Shown: positions 1-9,839, counted from the stretch's first letter. The stretch: 64,000 nt of DNA from a virus (IMGVR_UViG_3300045747_000505); one strand, 5' to 3'. Notes: generated by a model not told the origin, from the letters alone. Numbers and translations: made by a program.

Positions 1-282
1 CGCGCCAAGCTGTTCTACTCACTGTCGGGCTACGACACGTTCAACTACGACCGCAAGTTCTGCATCAACAAGGTTCTCGACGAGATCGAGTTTGACATTC
101 GGCCGCTGGACTTTGAAGGCATCGAGGACTTCGTACAGGCGAACTTTGGTCTTGAGCACGAGCTGTGGCTGGCGGTGATTTGGATCGCGCTTGGTCAGTA
201 CATCAAGAACGATCCGATCAAGGCGATCGCCGCGCACTATCACGGCATGACCCTTGGCGAGAAGGTTCTCGCTAGCCTATGA
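1..282 (+). CDS. Partial hypothetical protein (3' end)
   Basis: Frame 1 is open from base 1 to TGA 280-282 (RAKLFYSLSGYDTFNY...EKVLASL), with phage-like codon usage. Confidence 0.7.
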   Translation, partial: RAKLFYSLSGYDTFNYDRKFCINKVLDEIEFDIRPLDFEGIEDFVQANFGLEHELWLAVIWIALGQYIKNDPIKAIAAHYHGMTLGEKVLASL

Positions 283-1056
283 TCACATGAAGCCGAGGGC
301 TTCAGCGTTGAAGATGACTGCGCCGTGACTGGCAAGCGGATCGAGATACACGAACTGCTTGCCGCGCATGGCGAAGTTGTCCTCAGCGAAGTCAAGAGTG
401 CCGCCGTGCTTCTTTGCGATGATGGCTATCTCCTTGAGCAGCCAAGCCGCTTTACCGGTCTCCTCGCTGACCTGCGAGATGTAGCGCATGAAGTCGAACT
501 TGAGATTGCGCAGCTTCGAGTGCGCGTCAAGCACTACGGCAATGTTCTTGCTGTAGTTGTTGTCGAGCAAACCCTTCTCTGCGAGATCGCCAACGTATGA
601 GGCGTCGAGCGTGTTCGCCACGTGCAGCGGAACGTTCGCAGCCTTGGCGGCTTCGGTCAGCGCAGCGAGAGCTGGATTGTGATTGAAGATCGACCAGTAT
701 GGAATGGCGTTGGTCTGGCTCAGCTTCTCCATCTGAACGTACTTGAGACGATTGCCAACCTTCTCACGAGCCTTGTCGCTGACCTTGAAGAACAGCGGCA
801 TCGTCTTGATCTTCGTGTAGTACTTCGGCAGCTCTGGCACCTTGGGATTGGCACGGCAGTAGTCGACCCACGCGTCGAAGCATGGGTCGTAGAGCCAGAA
901 CTTGTAGACGATCGTGCCGTTCGTGACGGCAACGGCGTTCGCGCCCGCACCCAGATAGCGCAGCTTACCCTTGCCCTGCCCGTCGAAGAGCTCATCGACG
1001 ATGTCTGAGGCTGATTTGTCGGCGTACTTCTTGACGCCTAGAAGTTCTGTGAGCAT
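283..1056 (-). CDS. Protein kinase-like protein (T7 gp0.7-like Ser/Thr kinase fold)
   Basis: Gly loop LGAGANAVAV, VYK lysine, catalytic D-FAED-N, YLDP metal motif; late promoter TAAATA on minus strand at 1079-1084. Confidence 0.7.
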   Translation of the reverse strand: MLTELLGVKKYADKSASDIVDELFDGQGKGKLRYLGAGANAVAVTNGTIVYKFWLYDPCFDAWVDYCRANPKVPELPKYYTKIKTMPLFFKVSDKAREKVGNRLKYVQMEKLSQTNAIPYWSIFNHNPALAALTEAAKAANVPLHVANTLDASYVGDLAEKGLLDNNYSKNIAVVLDAHSKLRNLKFDFMRYISQVSEETGKAAWLLKEIAIIAKKHGGTLDFAEDNFAMRGKQFVYLDPLASHGAVIFNAEALGFM

Positions 1057-1090
1057 GCTGAACCTGAGTTGATTTTTCTATTTACAGACA

Positions 1091-1153
1091 AGCGTAACAG
1101 ACGAGGGACTGTTACGCTTTCGGGCAACCTGAAATCTAAAAGCGTGATAGAAT
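1091..1153 (+). promoter_or_regulatory. GTAAC/GTTAC inverted repeat plus -10 box
   Basis: AGCGTAACAG-8nt-CTGTTACGCT; TAGAAT at 1148-1153, 31 nt after GTTACG. Confidence 0.7.
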
Positions 1154-1182
1154 GGACACATCCAATCAAAAGGAACCCAATC

Positions 1183-1575
1183 ATGGCCCGCAAAACAGTC
1201 GCTCAACAACGTCAAGAAGAAGCCGCTCAACGCCTCGCCGAGTTTCAAGAGCTCGAGAAGACGCTGCCCAAGCAGCTCTTCGACCTTCAAGTGCGCGCCT
1301 CGAGGCTCAACTGGCTCACGATGCTGACGCTGTCCCCAGTTGGATACACCGTCGAGTTCCTCAATGGAACGCACGACTCGCTGCTCACCGTCGAGATGCC
1401 ACTGCGAATGGGAGACACCGAGCAGTGGCAGCTGGACGCCGTCGCCAACGTGCTGAAGACTCGCGAGGACGAGCTGGCTGAAGAAGCTGCCCGTCGCGAG
1501 CTGGCCAACACGGCTCTCGCCAAGCTGACCAAGGAAGAGCGCGCCGCACTGCGCCAACACTCCCACTTCCTCTGA
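1183..1575 (+). CDS. Hypothetical protein
   Basis: ORF MARKTVAQQRQEE..., AAGGA RBS, downstream of promoter. Confidence 0.75.
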   Translation: MARKTVAQQRQEEAAQRLAEFQELEKTLPKQLFDLQVRASRLNWLTMLTLSPVGYTVEFLNGTHDSLLTVEMPLRMGDTEQWQLDAVANVLKTREDELAEEAARRELANTALAKLTKEERAALRQHSHFL

Positions 1576-1656
1576 ACCGCACACAATTCCTTATTTGCCT
1601 ACTAATGCTATTAGAAGTGCGCTGAGTGGTGTTAGTACGGCATCTCCTTTCATAGG

Positions 1657-1971
1657 GTGAAAATGATCAATCTGAATCAGAAACCTGCCGAGGTCTTCAA
1701 CCTCAAAGAAGGCGATCATGTCCTGCTCAATGGGATAGAATGCGTCATGTACTGTCAAGAGCTGACCAACGAGATCTTCTTCTCGACTGCGGACTCGCGC
1801 TTGGCTGAGTATCAAGCGCTTTGGGCTCACGGCGAGGGCCACAGTACTCGCTACACCGACTACGTCCGCCACGCTCGCATCGGACGCCCTGCCGTCAATT
1901 CGCGCGCCGAGTTTCATCAAGCGCTGCTCAACGACCAAGTCGTCATCGACCCGCCGTTCATCGGCATCTAA
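1657..1971 (+). CDS. Hypothetical protein
   Basis: ORF with phage codon usage. Confidence 0.65.
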   Translation: MKMINLNQKPAEVFNLKEGDHVLLNGIECVMYCQELTNEIFFSTADSRLAEYQALWAHGEGHSTRYTDYVRHARIGRPAVNSRAEFHQALLNDQVVIDPPFIGI

Positions 1972-1980
1972 GGATTCCAC

Positions 1981-2427
1981 ATGTCTCTCCTCATTCGCAT
2001 CAAGGCTGACCAACTTCAGGCTCGCAAGGGCAAGATGACCATGGTTGCCGCTCTGCTCACGACCCTCATCGGCGAAGCCGAAGCCATCGGCAAGAACGCC
2101 GGCAACCGTGCCACGACCGATGACGAGGTCCTGGCCCTCATCGCCAAGTTCATCAAGAATCTCGACGAAACGATTCGTCTGCTTCCCGACACCGACGAGC
2201 GCAAGCTGTCGGCGATCTGTGAGCGCACCTGCCTCATGCAGTACCAGCCACGGCAGCTGACCGAGGCCGAGCTGAAGGACCACGTGCGCGCCATTCACGC
2301 CGGCCTGCTCGGCATGCAAGCCAAGGCTTCGATGGGCGACATCATAGGCGTGCTCAAGTCGCGCTTCGGCGGTCAGTACGACGGCAAGCTCGCTTCGGCC
2401 ATCGTCAAGGCGGAGCTGGCATCATGA
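1981..2427 (+). CDS. yqeY: GatB/YqeY domain protein
   Basis: IKADQLQARK...TDDEVLALIAKFIK...YQPRQLTEAEL...MGDIIG...DGKLASAIVKAEL matches the YqeY pattern. Confidence 0.85.
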   Translation: MSLLIRIKADQLQARKGKMTMVAALLTTLIGEAEAIGKNAGNRATTDDEVLALIAKFIKNLDETIRLLPDTDERKLSAICERTCLMQYQPRQLTEAELKDHVRAIHAGLLGMQAKASMGDIIGVLKSRFGGQYDGKLASAIVKAELAS

Positions 2428-2639
2428 GATTTCACGACATCACCGGTCAGGGCATGATCGACGTTGACGAGATCGCCTTCGTCGGCGTCGTGCTGACCGA
2501 CGAGCGGACCTACATCAACTGGCCGTACTCCATCGTGATTCGCCTGCGCGCCACCGACTCGATCATTCTGTCCTTCAAGGACAAGGGCGACGCAATCGAG
2601 GCCCGCCGAAGCCTTATCACAGCCTGGGGTGATGTATGA
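2424..2639 (+). CDS. Hypothetical protein
   Basis: ATGA overlaps with both neighbours. Confidence 0.65.
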   Translation: MRFHDITGQGMIDVDEIAFVGVVLTDERTYINWPYSIVIRLRATDSIILSFKDKGDAIEARRSLITAWGDV

Positions 2640-4159
2640 AGTTCGAGTTCGACCGTGTTCTGAACACCTCACTGAAGGTGTACTCGCAGCTCTACGTCGG
2701 CATTCGGCCGTACGCCGAGGGTCAAGCCACCGACCGTGCGCCGCTCGCCTTCGCCACGCCGTACGAGAACACCGCCGCCGGCAAGAAGCGGCAGGACTCC
2801 GTGAACAGCTGGAACCGTGAGCAGATTCGCGAGGACAACAAGTGGGTCTACAAGAACGGCATCACCAAGATCGTCGACAACAAGCCGCGCGGTGGCTTTC
2901 GCATCACCGATGACGTCAAGCGCGTCTACTGGGGTGGCGGCAACGTCGTGTTTCGCGTCGAGGACCCAGACGGTTGGGAGGTCGAGATTCAATCGTCCAA
3001 CCTCATGGCGCTGATTCAGGTCAGCGGCATCAACGAGGGTGGCCTCATCCCCGGCTACTGCATGTGGGGTCGTGATTCGACCGGCAAGAACATTCTGCTG
3101 CATGAGCGCAGCGACGAGTACAAGAACGCCATTCTGGCTGCCGAAGCCGTGGCCAAGCCGAAGCAGCTCGGCGTCGGTGGTCGTGAGCTCGGCAGCGTGT
3201 ATCGTCTCAAGGACGGTCAGGCTGGCGCCTACCTCGGCAAGGTCTGGGTTGTGCCTGAGCGCTACGCCGACGACTACGACACTCGCTATCGCAGCGAAGC
3301 CATTGGCATGCGCGGTGTCGGCAAGTTCATCGCCAAGGACCTTCAAGGTGAAACGGCGATGTTCGACGTCGAGCTGCACGGCTCTGGCTACAACAGCGAC
3401 AAGATTCTCGGCGAGCCCGAGCAGTTCGAAGCCGTTCGCATCGTCAGCGACGACAGCGAGACCGTTCGCCTCTACAAGAAGGCCTATCTCATCGAGCTGA
3501 TTCAATCGAAGCTGTTCGACCTCACCCCCGAGACCGCCGCCGACTGGGCCAATCAACACAAGCTCGAGTGGGCTGGCGGCGGTCGCAACGACAGCCCGCG
3601 CTGGTGCTTCGCGACGAAGCCGGAGAAGCCCGTCTACGATCTGGCGCCAGTGTCCGAGCAGCTGGTTCAGCTGGCCATCGACAAAACCATTGAAGTCCAG
3701 CGCCGCTCTCGTGGCTACGCCTACAACGGCGTCAACACTCGCTGGATTCCGAATAGGCCATCCTACGGCCTGGCCAACATCGTGCAGAAGGTCGATGGGC
3801 AGCTCGTCAGCGACGTGCTGACCTGCACTCGGCCGAACGTGCTGATCCAGAGCGAGCTTCATCAGCTTCACAAGGACGGCTACTCACACGAGAACGACGT
3901 GCTCTACGGCCTGCCGTTCTTCATCATCAAGGACGGTACTGGCACTCGTCAACTCCGTGCTCGCCACGTCTGGAACGGTCGCGACAATCGTCAGCGCCCG
4001 ATCTCCTACTACGGCGCAATGCCGACGCCGGTCATCGCGCAAGGCACGCAGCGCATGCCGCTGCTCCCAAGCTTCAGCACCGAGGAGCTCCTCACCGACT
4101 ACCTCGAAACCCACTACAAGCACGACCTCTTTCAGGTCATCGTCAAGGATTCAGCATGA
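2636..4159 (+). CDS. Hypothetical protein (507 aa)
   Basis: Long ORF, translationally coupled, no recognised motif. Confidence 0.8.
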   Translation: MKFEFDRVLNTSLKVYSQLYVGIRPYAEGQATDRAPLAFATPYENTAAGKKRQDSVNSWNREQIREDNKWVYKNGITKIVDNKPRGGFRITDDVKRVYWGGGNVVFRVEDPDGWEVEIQSSNLMALIQVSGINEGGLIPGYCMWGRDSTGKNILLHERSDEYKNAILAAEAVAKPKQLGVGGRELGSVYRLKDGQAGAYLGKVWVVPERYADDYDTRYRSEAIGMRGVGKFIAKDLQGETAMFDVELHGSGYNSDKILGEPEQFEAVRIVSDDSETVRLYKKAYLIELIQSKLFDLTPETAADWANQHKLEWAGGGRNDSPRWCFATKPEKPVYDLAPVSEQLVQLAIDKTIEVQRRSRGYAYNGVNTRWIPNRPSYGLANIVQKVDGQLVSDVLTCTRPNVLIQSELHQLHKDGYSHENDVLYGLPFFIIKDGTGTRQLRARHVWNGRDNRQRPISYYGAMPTPVIAQGTQRMPLLPSFSTEELLTDYLETHYKHDLFQVIVKDSA

Positions 4160-4677
4160 GCCACAACTTTCGCCTCTACACCTTCGTCGCCGGTCTGTAC
4201 CTCAGCGAGCTTCAGAAGGGTCTGCAGACCGCTCACGTGGTCGGCGAGCTGCACACGCTCTATCGCTCGTACAGCGGTGCTGAAGAACGCGAGACGGCCA
4301 TTCTCGACGAGTGGGCCGAGCTCGACAAGACCATCATCATTCTGTCGGCTGACAACCAGGCTGGTGTGCTGAACGCCTTCAACATGTTCGCCCCAGTCGC
4401 CATGGCCTCGCTGCGACTGCCGATGGCCCTGTTCTACGAGGACAAGGAGTCGATGAACGGCATGGCCACGGCCTGCGGTGTCATCGTGCCGCAAGTCCTG
4501 TGGGACGTGACCTTCACGCCGTCGCAGTCGTTCTCTGGAGCTGAGGGCAAGATGCCAAGCTGGAAGCCCGCCTTCTACCAGCACATTCCGACCAACGGCG
4601 ACCCGACCATCATCTACGGCGAGGGCTCTGACGAGTTCTCCTTCTGCAAGCTCCTCAAATCCTACAGGTTCGCATAA
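4156..4677 (+). CDS. Peptidyl-tRNA hydrolase 2 (PTH2)-like protein
   Basis: YLSELQKGLQTAH...W...KTIIIL...LPMALFYED...ATACGVIVP resembles the PTH2 motif order (Q..AH, K.vl, D/E, T.lg). Confidence 0.45.
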   Translation: MSHNFRLYTFVAGLYLSELQKGLQTAHVVGELHTLYRSYSGAEERETAILDEWAELDKTIIILSADNQAGVLNAFNMFAPVAMASLRLPMALFYEDKESMNGMATACGVIVPQVLWDVTFTPSQSFSGAEGKMPSWKPAFYQHIPTNGDPTIIYGEGSDEFSFCKLLKSYRFA

Positions 4678-5069
4678 TGCTTCGTCTCTCACAGCTCATC
4701 GCCTCCCTTCAGGCGTGTCAACAGATGTACGGCGACGTCGAGGTCATGAAGAATGATTTCGAGGACGGCATCATCCCTATTGCGCCACACGTCGAGTATC
4801 GGCGCGTGGCGCTCGATCTCGCCAACGGCAAGACCTCTGAGCTGCTCAGCGCCGCGGACTACTTCATGGCGCACGACGCGGTGCAGAATCACAACCACAC
4901 TGTGACCGAGATTCAAGAGATCGTGGACAACTGGGAGATGCTGGGCGCCGAGCTGCGCGGCGTCTTCACCGATCCCAAGGAGCTCATGGACATGCACATG
5001 GTCGCCCACTGGCGGAACATCGCCATCGTGCAGGCCTGGGACAACTCGCCAGTCGTGCTGGTTCTGTAA
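4677..5069 (+). CDS. Hypothetical protein
   Basis: Coupled ORF; its stop TAA lies in the GTAAC arm. Confidence 0.7.
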   Translation: MLRLSQLIASLQACQQMYGDVEVMKNDFEDGIIPIAPHVEYRRVALDLANGKTSELLSAADYFMAHDAVQNHNHTVTEIQEIVDNWEMLGAELRGVFTDPKELMDMHMVAHWRNIAIVQAWDNSPVVLVL

Positions 5070-5114
5070 CAGCCGGCAATCGTTACACCTGAACCAACGA
5101 TTGTGTGGTACAAT
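5065..5114 (+). promoter_or_regulatory. TGTAAC..GTTACA element plus -10 (short class)
   Basis: GTTACA 5082-5087, TACAAT 5109-5114, 21-nt spacer. Confidence 0.7.
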
Positions 5115-5120
5115 GCAGAC

Positions 5121-5363
5121 ATGCAATCGGAGCTTCAAGTGACCAAAGACCAAAAGGCCAAGCTGTTCTTCTACGCGATCACGATCGTCGCCTTCCCTGG
5201 CTTTCTGATCCTGCTCGCCTTGATGCTGATCAACCCGTTCTGGTTTCGCCAGGACATGATTCAGTGGCTCATTCGCCTCTCGAAGCGCTTCGCCACCTAT
5301 CGGCGCGAGACGGTCGAGGACATTCGTCGTGGTTACGTTCTCTTCGTGGACTGCTCAAAATGA
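5121..5363 (+). CDS. Small membrane protein
   Basis: Hydrophobic stretch LFFYAITIVAFPGFLILLALMLINPFWF; ATG 6 nt after -10. Confidence 0.7.
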   Translation: MQSELQVTKDQKAKLFFYAITIVAFPGFLILLALMLINPFWFRQDMIQWLIRLSKRFATYRRETVEDIRRGYVLFVDCSK

Positions 5364-5569
5364 AACTTTTCCTCGCCACCTTTCGCCTCGAGCACAATCC
5401 CTACATGGGCCGGACCCGTGTTGACAAGGAGGTGTCCATGCGGCTGATCTGGGCCGCCAGCGACGACGAGGCGGAGAAGAAGCTGTACGCTGCACTGGAG
5501 AAGCCGGCGCGCCCTGGCGACGACTCTACGTACGTCAAGGACCTGGACATCAACGAGGCCATTTCGTAA
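5360..5569 (+). CDS. Hypothetical protein
   Basis: MKLFLATFRLEHNPY..., ATGA overlap. Confidence 0.65.
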   Translation: MKLFLATFRLEHNPYMGRTRVDKEVSMRLIWAASDDEAEKKLYAALEKPARPGDDSTYVKDLDINEAIS

Positions 5570-5640
5570 CATGTCCATGGTAGGTAACATGGACATGTTA
5601 CACTTTCGCCTGAGCCAGGATGCTCAGGCTGAAGTATAAT
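5566..5640 (+). promoter_or_regulatory. 14-bp GTAAC..GTTAC hairpin plus -10 (long class)
   Basis: GTAACATGTCCATG-8nt-CATGGACATGTTAC; TATAAT 5635-5640, 32-nt spacer containing stem GCCTGAGC/GCTCAGGC. Confidence 0.8.
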
Positions 5641-5667
5641 GACTCACCGTCAACCAAGGACCCAATC

Positions 5668-6249
5668 GTGATCGCACAAGACATCACCACCAAGAAGTTC
5701 ATCGCCGTCTTCCCGCTCAGCCAGATCTGCGCTCAGTGGAAGGGCTACGTCATCGACGCCGCCGGCACCATCTACTCGAACCGTCAGACGAAGGACCCCA
5801 AGACCGTCAAGAAGATGCTCGGGACTCGGGTCTACGGCTCCAGTCAGCGCAACTTCACGCTGAACAAGGTCAACCACCGTGGTGACCGTGTGCTGGCTCA
5901 AGCCAAGCGCGCCTCGACCTGGGTCAGGGAAACCGACCCGAAGCAGCTGGAGGTGCCGGAACTGCCGGCCGAAGCCAAGCCGCAGTGGCCGTTCCCGACC
6001 GACAAGGCGCAGAGCGATGCCTACCTCGGCAAGAAGCAGGACGTTCTGCAAGCCGTCAAGGACCGTGGCCACGTCATCGCCTCCATCACCGAGGGCAAGC
6101 TGACCTTCGGTGCCGAGCCGAAGATTCACTCGACTCTGAAGTCCGTCGACGAAGAGGTCGCTCGTCTGGCCAAGCTGATGCCCGGCACCGTCTTCGTCAA
6201 GCTGCTCATCACCGGTGCCGTCGTCGCCGGTGGCCTGACCCACCTCTGA
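5668..6249 (+). CDS. Hypothetical protein
   Basis: GTG start after AAGGA. Confidence 0.7.
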   Translation: MIAQDITTKKFIAVFPLSQICAQWKGYVIDAAGTIYSNRQTKDPKTVKKMLGTRVYGSSQRNFTLNKVNHRGDRVLAQAKRASTWVRETDPKQLEVPELPAEAKPQWPFPTDKAQSDAYLGKKQDVLQAVKDRGHVIASITEGKLTFGAEPKIHSTLKSVDEEVARLAKLMPGTVFVKLLITGAVVAGGLTHL

Positions 6250-6266
6250 ATCCAGGAGTCGTCAAC

Positions 6267-6842
6267 ATGTACCAATCCGCATCAATCGCTGGCAAGCTGT
6301 CCGGCTCCGATCGTCTCGGCCTGGGTGCTGCCCGCTCCGCCGAAGCCGCGCCAAGCTGGGCTCGTCCTGGTCAGGCCGCTCGCTGGGCAGCGGCCGCTCC
6401 CAAACCGTTGCCCGAGTGGGTCAGCGGTCCCGAGTTGACCGAGGCCGACAAGCCGCTGATGGATCCCGCCGAGCAGATCCTCGACATCGCGCTGGCCGGC
6501 TCCGCCATGCTCGCTGACGTCTGGCGCGTCAAGACGATCGACGCCATCAACGACACCATCGACAAGTTCCTGCGGCCGAAGAGCAACGAGTTCTTCAAGT
6601 TTCACGACCACGGCACTCGTGAAGGTCTCATCATGACGAAGATGAAGGCCGTCCCACCAGGCGGTCGTGTCATCATCGCCCCGCACCGCGCGTTCTCCAT
6701 GGGCGGCCCCAATGACGTGGACCGTGGGTTGGTCGTCATGGGCGGCCTCGGTCAACACGCCGAGGTGAACTCGTTTCGTCGAGAGATGATCGAGGAAACG
6801 TTCTACGATCTGGCCAGCGCGCCGTATTCGACCGGCTACTGA
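6267..6842 (+). CDS. Hypothetical protein
   Basis: MYQSASIAGK..., AGGAG RBS. Confidence 0.7.
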   Translation: MYQSASIAGKLSGSDRLGLGAARSAEAAPSWARPGQAARWAAAAPKPLPEWVSGPELTEADKPLMDPAEQILDIALAGSAMLADVWRVKTIDAINDTIDKFLRPKSNEFFKFHDHGTREGLIMTKMKAVPPGGRVIIAPHRAFSMGGPNDVDRGLVVMGGLGQHAEVNSFRREMIEETFYDLASAPYSTGY

Positions 6843-6845
6843 GTC

Positions 6846-6907
6846 GTTACACCTTCCACGGGTTGTTACACTTTACCGGTGTACAACCCGTCAGGGTATG
6901 GTAGAAT
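6846..6907 (+). promoter_or_regulatory. Tandem GTTACAC boxes plus -10
   Basis: GTTACAC at 6846 and 6865; TAGAAT 6902-6907, 31-nt spacer. Confidence 0.7.
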
Positions 6908-6932
6908 GGTCTCACCAACCGAGAACCTCACC

Positions 6933-7205
6933 ATGCGCCTCATCCTCTCCTTCAACGTCTCCGACGACTGCACGTTCTCCTACACGGAGACGGTGCCGAT
7001 CGAAGCCGAATCACCCGAAGCGGCAATCGTCGAGTTCGAAGAGCAGTGCACCGCCGCCAAGGCTCGGTGTGAGAAGTCCTGGTTCGACGGTGAGTTCACC
7101 GCCTTTGGTCGCACGTTCGACACGACCAACTTCTACTCTGGCGGTCTGATTCAGCTGCCATCCATTCAAACCTTCGACGAGTGGTTCGAAGCCAACAAGG
7201 AATAA
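6933..7205 (+). CDS. Hypothetical protein
   Basis: MRLILSFNVSDD... downstream of promoter. Confidence 0.7.
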   Translation: MRLILSFNVSDDCTFSYTETVPIEAESPEAAIVEFEEQCTAAKARCEKSWFDGEFTAFGRTFDTTNFYSGGLIQLPSIQTFDEWFEANKE

Positions 7206-7207
7206 TC

Positions 7208-7468
7208 GTGAAGCACGAACCCGCACCCTACCGCCGCGTTCGGCAGCAGGAATCCTGGCTCTCGCCGCTCCATCACCCGCCGACGCCCAGCACCGTGTAC
7301 TGGATCTCGTACGGCGACCTGCTCGGTCACGATGACCGCATGCAAGCCTACTACACGGCTGGTTGTGAGTGGCGTCGGATCCGTATCAACGGCGACGGCA
7401 CTCGCGAGCTCGGTCCCAAGCTGACTCGAACCCAAGGCCTCGTCTACCTGACCCTGCTCATCGCGTGA
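7208..7468 (+). CDS. Hypothetical protein
   Basis: GTG start, phage codon usage. Confidence 0.55.
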   Translation: MKHEPAPYRRVRQQESWLSPLHHPPTPSTVYWISYGDLLGHDDRMQAYYTAGCEWRRIRINGDGTRELGPKLTRTQGLVYLTLLIA

Positions 7469-7518
7469 GACGTCCCGCAGGCCGTGATAAGATACGACCT
7501 GACAACTCCATCAAAGCC

Positions 7519-9498
7519 ATGATCAAATCCAATCAGAAGTCCGTCGAGCAAAAGTACAAGAAGCTCTCAGAGGTCGAGCACGTTCTGCTTCGACCTGGGC
7601 GCTACATCGGCTCCATCACGCCGCACACCGCCGTTGAGTGGGTGCCGGCTGACCAAGCAACGCGCATGGTCCAGCGTGAGGTCACGTACAACCCTGGCTT
7701 TCTGAAGATCTTCGACGAGATCATCACGAACTCGTCAGACCACAGCAAGACGGCGGAGGGCAAGCACCTTGACGTCATTCGTGTGGATGTTGATCAGGCC
7801 ACCGGCGAGATCACCGTCTACGACAACGGCGGCATCCCCGTCGTCAAGCACTCCGAGTACGAGCAGTGGATTCCGGAGATGATCTTCGAACTTCGCGCTG
7901 GCTCCAACTTCGACGACGAAGACCAAGCTCAGCTCGCTGGCCAGAACGGCGAGGGTGCCGCGCTGACCTGCATCTTCTCGACCAAGTTCCGCATCGAGAC
8001 GTGCGACGGCAAGAACCGCTTTCTGATGACGCTCACCGACAACAGTCAGGGTGGGCGCGATCCCAAGGTCAACAAGACCGACCAAGCCGGCTTCACGCGC
8101 ATCACCTACCGTCCTGACTTCGAGAAGCTCGGCTTGCCCGGCATCGATGACAGCAACTTCGCAATGCTGTACGCTCGCACGGTCGAGGTCGCCGCCACCA
8201 ACACGCACCTCAAGGTCTACTTCAACGGCAAGCGGATCATGACCCGCTCGTTCAAGGACTACATCGAGCTGTTCACCGACGGCGCCGAGTACGCGTTCGA
8301 CGAGGGCGACGCCTTCAAGGTCGGCGTGGCCAAGTCTGTCGATGGCTTTCAGCACACGTCCTTCGTGAACACGTCGAAGACCAAGATCGGCGGTACGCAC
8401 ATTCACTACATCATCAATCAGATCGTCGACGGTCTGCGCGGTGCGCTCGAGAAGAAGGCCAAGGTCAAGATCGCGCCGGCCGACATTCGCAATCACCTGC
8501 ACCTGTTCGTCGACGCCACCATCGTCAATCCGCGCTACTCGTCGCAGACGAAGGACGAGCTCATCACCGAGCCGAGCGCCTACGGCCGTGGCTGGAAGTG
8601 CCCCGACAAGCTCGTGCAGAAGATTCTGAAGACGGACATCGTTCAGTCGGTGCTCGACTGGGTCGAGGCGAAGAAGGTCCTCGAGGACATGAAGGCGGTC
8701 AAGGCCGCTGGCAAGGAGATTGGCAAGGCCGACCCACGCAAGATCGAGAAGTTCTCCGACGCCGCCGAGCGCAATCAACGCATCAAGTGCATTCTGTTCC
8801 TCTCAGAAGGTGACTCGGCTGCCAAGTCCATTCAAGGCGGTCGCGGCAACAATCCGTACATCGGCTCGTTCCCACTGAAGGGCAAGCCGGCCAACGTTCG
8901 TGAGAAGGACGTCATCAAGGTCCTCGGTCTCGATCGCGAGAAGAAGGACAAGGACGGCAAGGTTCAGCCGAACGAGATTCAGAAGATTCTGACCATCATC
9001 GGCCTGAAGATCGGCACGCCGGTCACCTCGCTCGATCAGCTCCGCTTCGGCAAGGTAGCGATCGCCTCCGACGCCGACGTCGACGGCTTTCACATCTGCG
9101 GCCTCCTCATGAACATGTTCGACCGCTTCTGGCCTGAGCTGTTCACCCTCGGCTTCGTCCACATTCTGCGGACCCCTGTCGTGGTCGTCACGCTGAAGGA
9201 CAAGACCACGCTCGAGTTCTTCACCGAGCGCGAGTACAAGGACTGGGAAGCCAAGAGCGGCGCCAAGACCAAGGGCTGGACGATGAAGTACTACAAGGGT
9301 CTGTCGACGTGGAGCACGAAGCAGTTCGGCGCCTTCCTCGGCGACCTCGAGAAGTACCTCTATCGCATCGAGCACATCGACGGCGAGGATGACGAGGCGA
9401 TCGACCTGGCTTTCAACTCTCAGCGCGCCGACGACCGCAAGGTCTGGCTCGAAACGCCCGCCGCTGAGTTCGATGACTTTGTGACGGAGACAGCATGA
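7519..9498 (+). CDS. Type IIA DNA topoisomerase large subunit (GyrB/ParE-like; T4 gp39+gp60 equivalent)
   Basis: EHVLLRPGRYIGS, GHKL motifs EIITN/DNGGIP/GSNFDD/GQNGEGA, TOPRIM EGDSA, PLKG, DADVDG, YYKGL. Confidence 0.95.
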   Translation: MIKSNQKSVEQKYKKLSEVEHVLLRPGRYIGSITPHTAVEWVPADQATRMVQREVTYNPGFLKIFDEIITNSSDHSKTAEGKHLDVIRVDVDQATGEITVYDNGGIPVVKHSEYEQWIPEMIFELRAGSNFDDEDQAQLAGQNGEGAALTCIFSTKFRIETCDGKNRFLMTLTDNSQGGRDPKVNKTDQAGFTRITYRPDFEKLGLPGIDDSNFAMLYARTVEVAATNTHLKVYFNGKRIMTRSFKDYIELFTDGAEYAFDEGDAFKVGVAKSVDGFQHTSFVNTSKTKIGGTHIHYIINQIVDGLRGALEKKAKVKIAPADIRNHLHLFVDATIVNPRYSSQTKDELITEPSAYGRGWKCPDKLVQKILKTDIVQSVLDWVEAKKVLEDMKAVKAAGKEIGKADPRKIEKFSDAAERNQRIKCILFLSEGDSAAKSIQGGRGNNPYIGSFPLKGKPANVREKDVIKVLGLDREKKDKDGKVQPNEIQKILTIIGLKIGTPVTSLDQLRFGKVAIASDADVDGFHICGLLMNMFDRFWPELFTLGFVHILRTPVVVVTLKDKTTLEFFTEREYKDWEAKSGAKTKGWTMKYYKGLSTWSTKQFGAFLGDLEKYLYRIEHIDGEDDEAIDLAFNSQRADDRKVWLETPAAEFDDFVTETA

Positions 9499-9839
9499 GC
9501 TCAGCGGGACACTACATTGGACGTGACGACACGTCGGCAGAACCAACCAGGAAGCCGCTAGGGATTGAGGGAGCACGGGATGGTGTTCTCAGTGTCGACC
9601 GCCTGAGCAAGCTCCCTGCCGTCGAACACCTGGCCGTCCTCGTCGAGAAGCCGTTCTCAGGACCCGACGGCTACGGTGGAACCGAGTACGGTCACCTGCT
9701 CGAGTACCTCGCCTTCGAAAGTGAAAAAGCCCTCGAGGGCTGGATCCTCGCCGCCACCAAGCGGAACGATGTGTTTCGCATTCTTCGCACGAAGAAGCTA
9801 AGTTACACTGTTCACGCGTCAATCTCACTCGAAGCGTGA
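9495..9839 (+). CDS. Hypothetical protein between topoisomerase subunits
   Basis: Coupled ORF; its 3' end contains a GTTACA box. Confidence 0.65.
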   Translation: MSSAGHYIGRDDTSAEPTRKPLGIEGARDGVLSVDRLSKLPAVEHLAVLVEKPFSGPDGYGGTEYGHLLEYLAFESEKALEGWILAATKRNDVFRILRTKKLSYTVHASISLEA

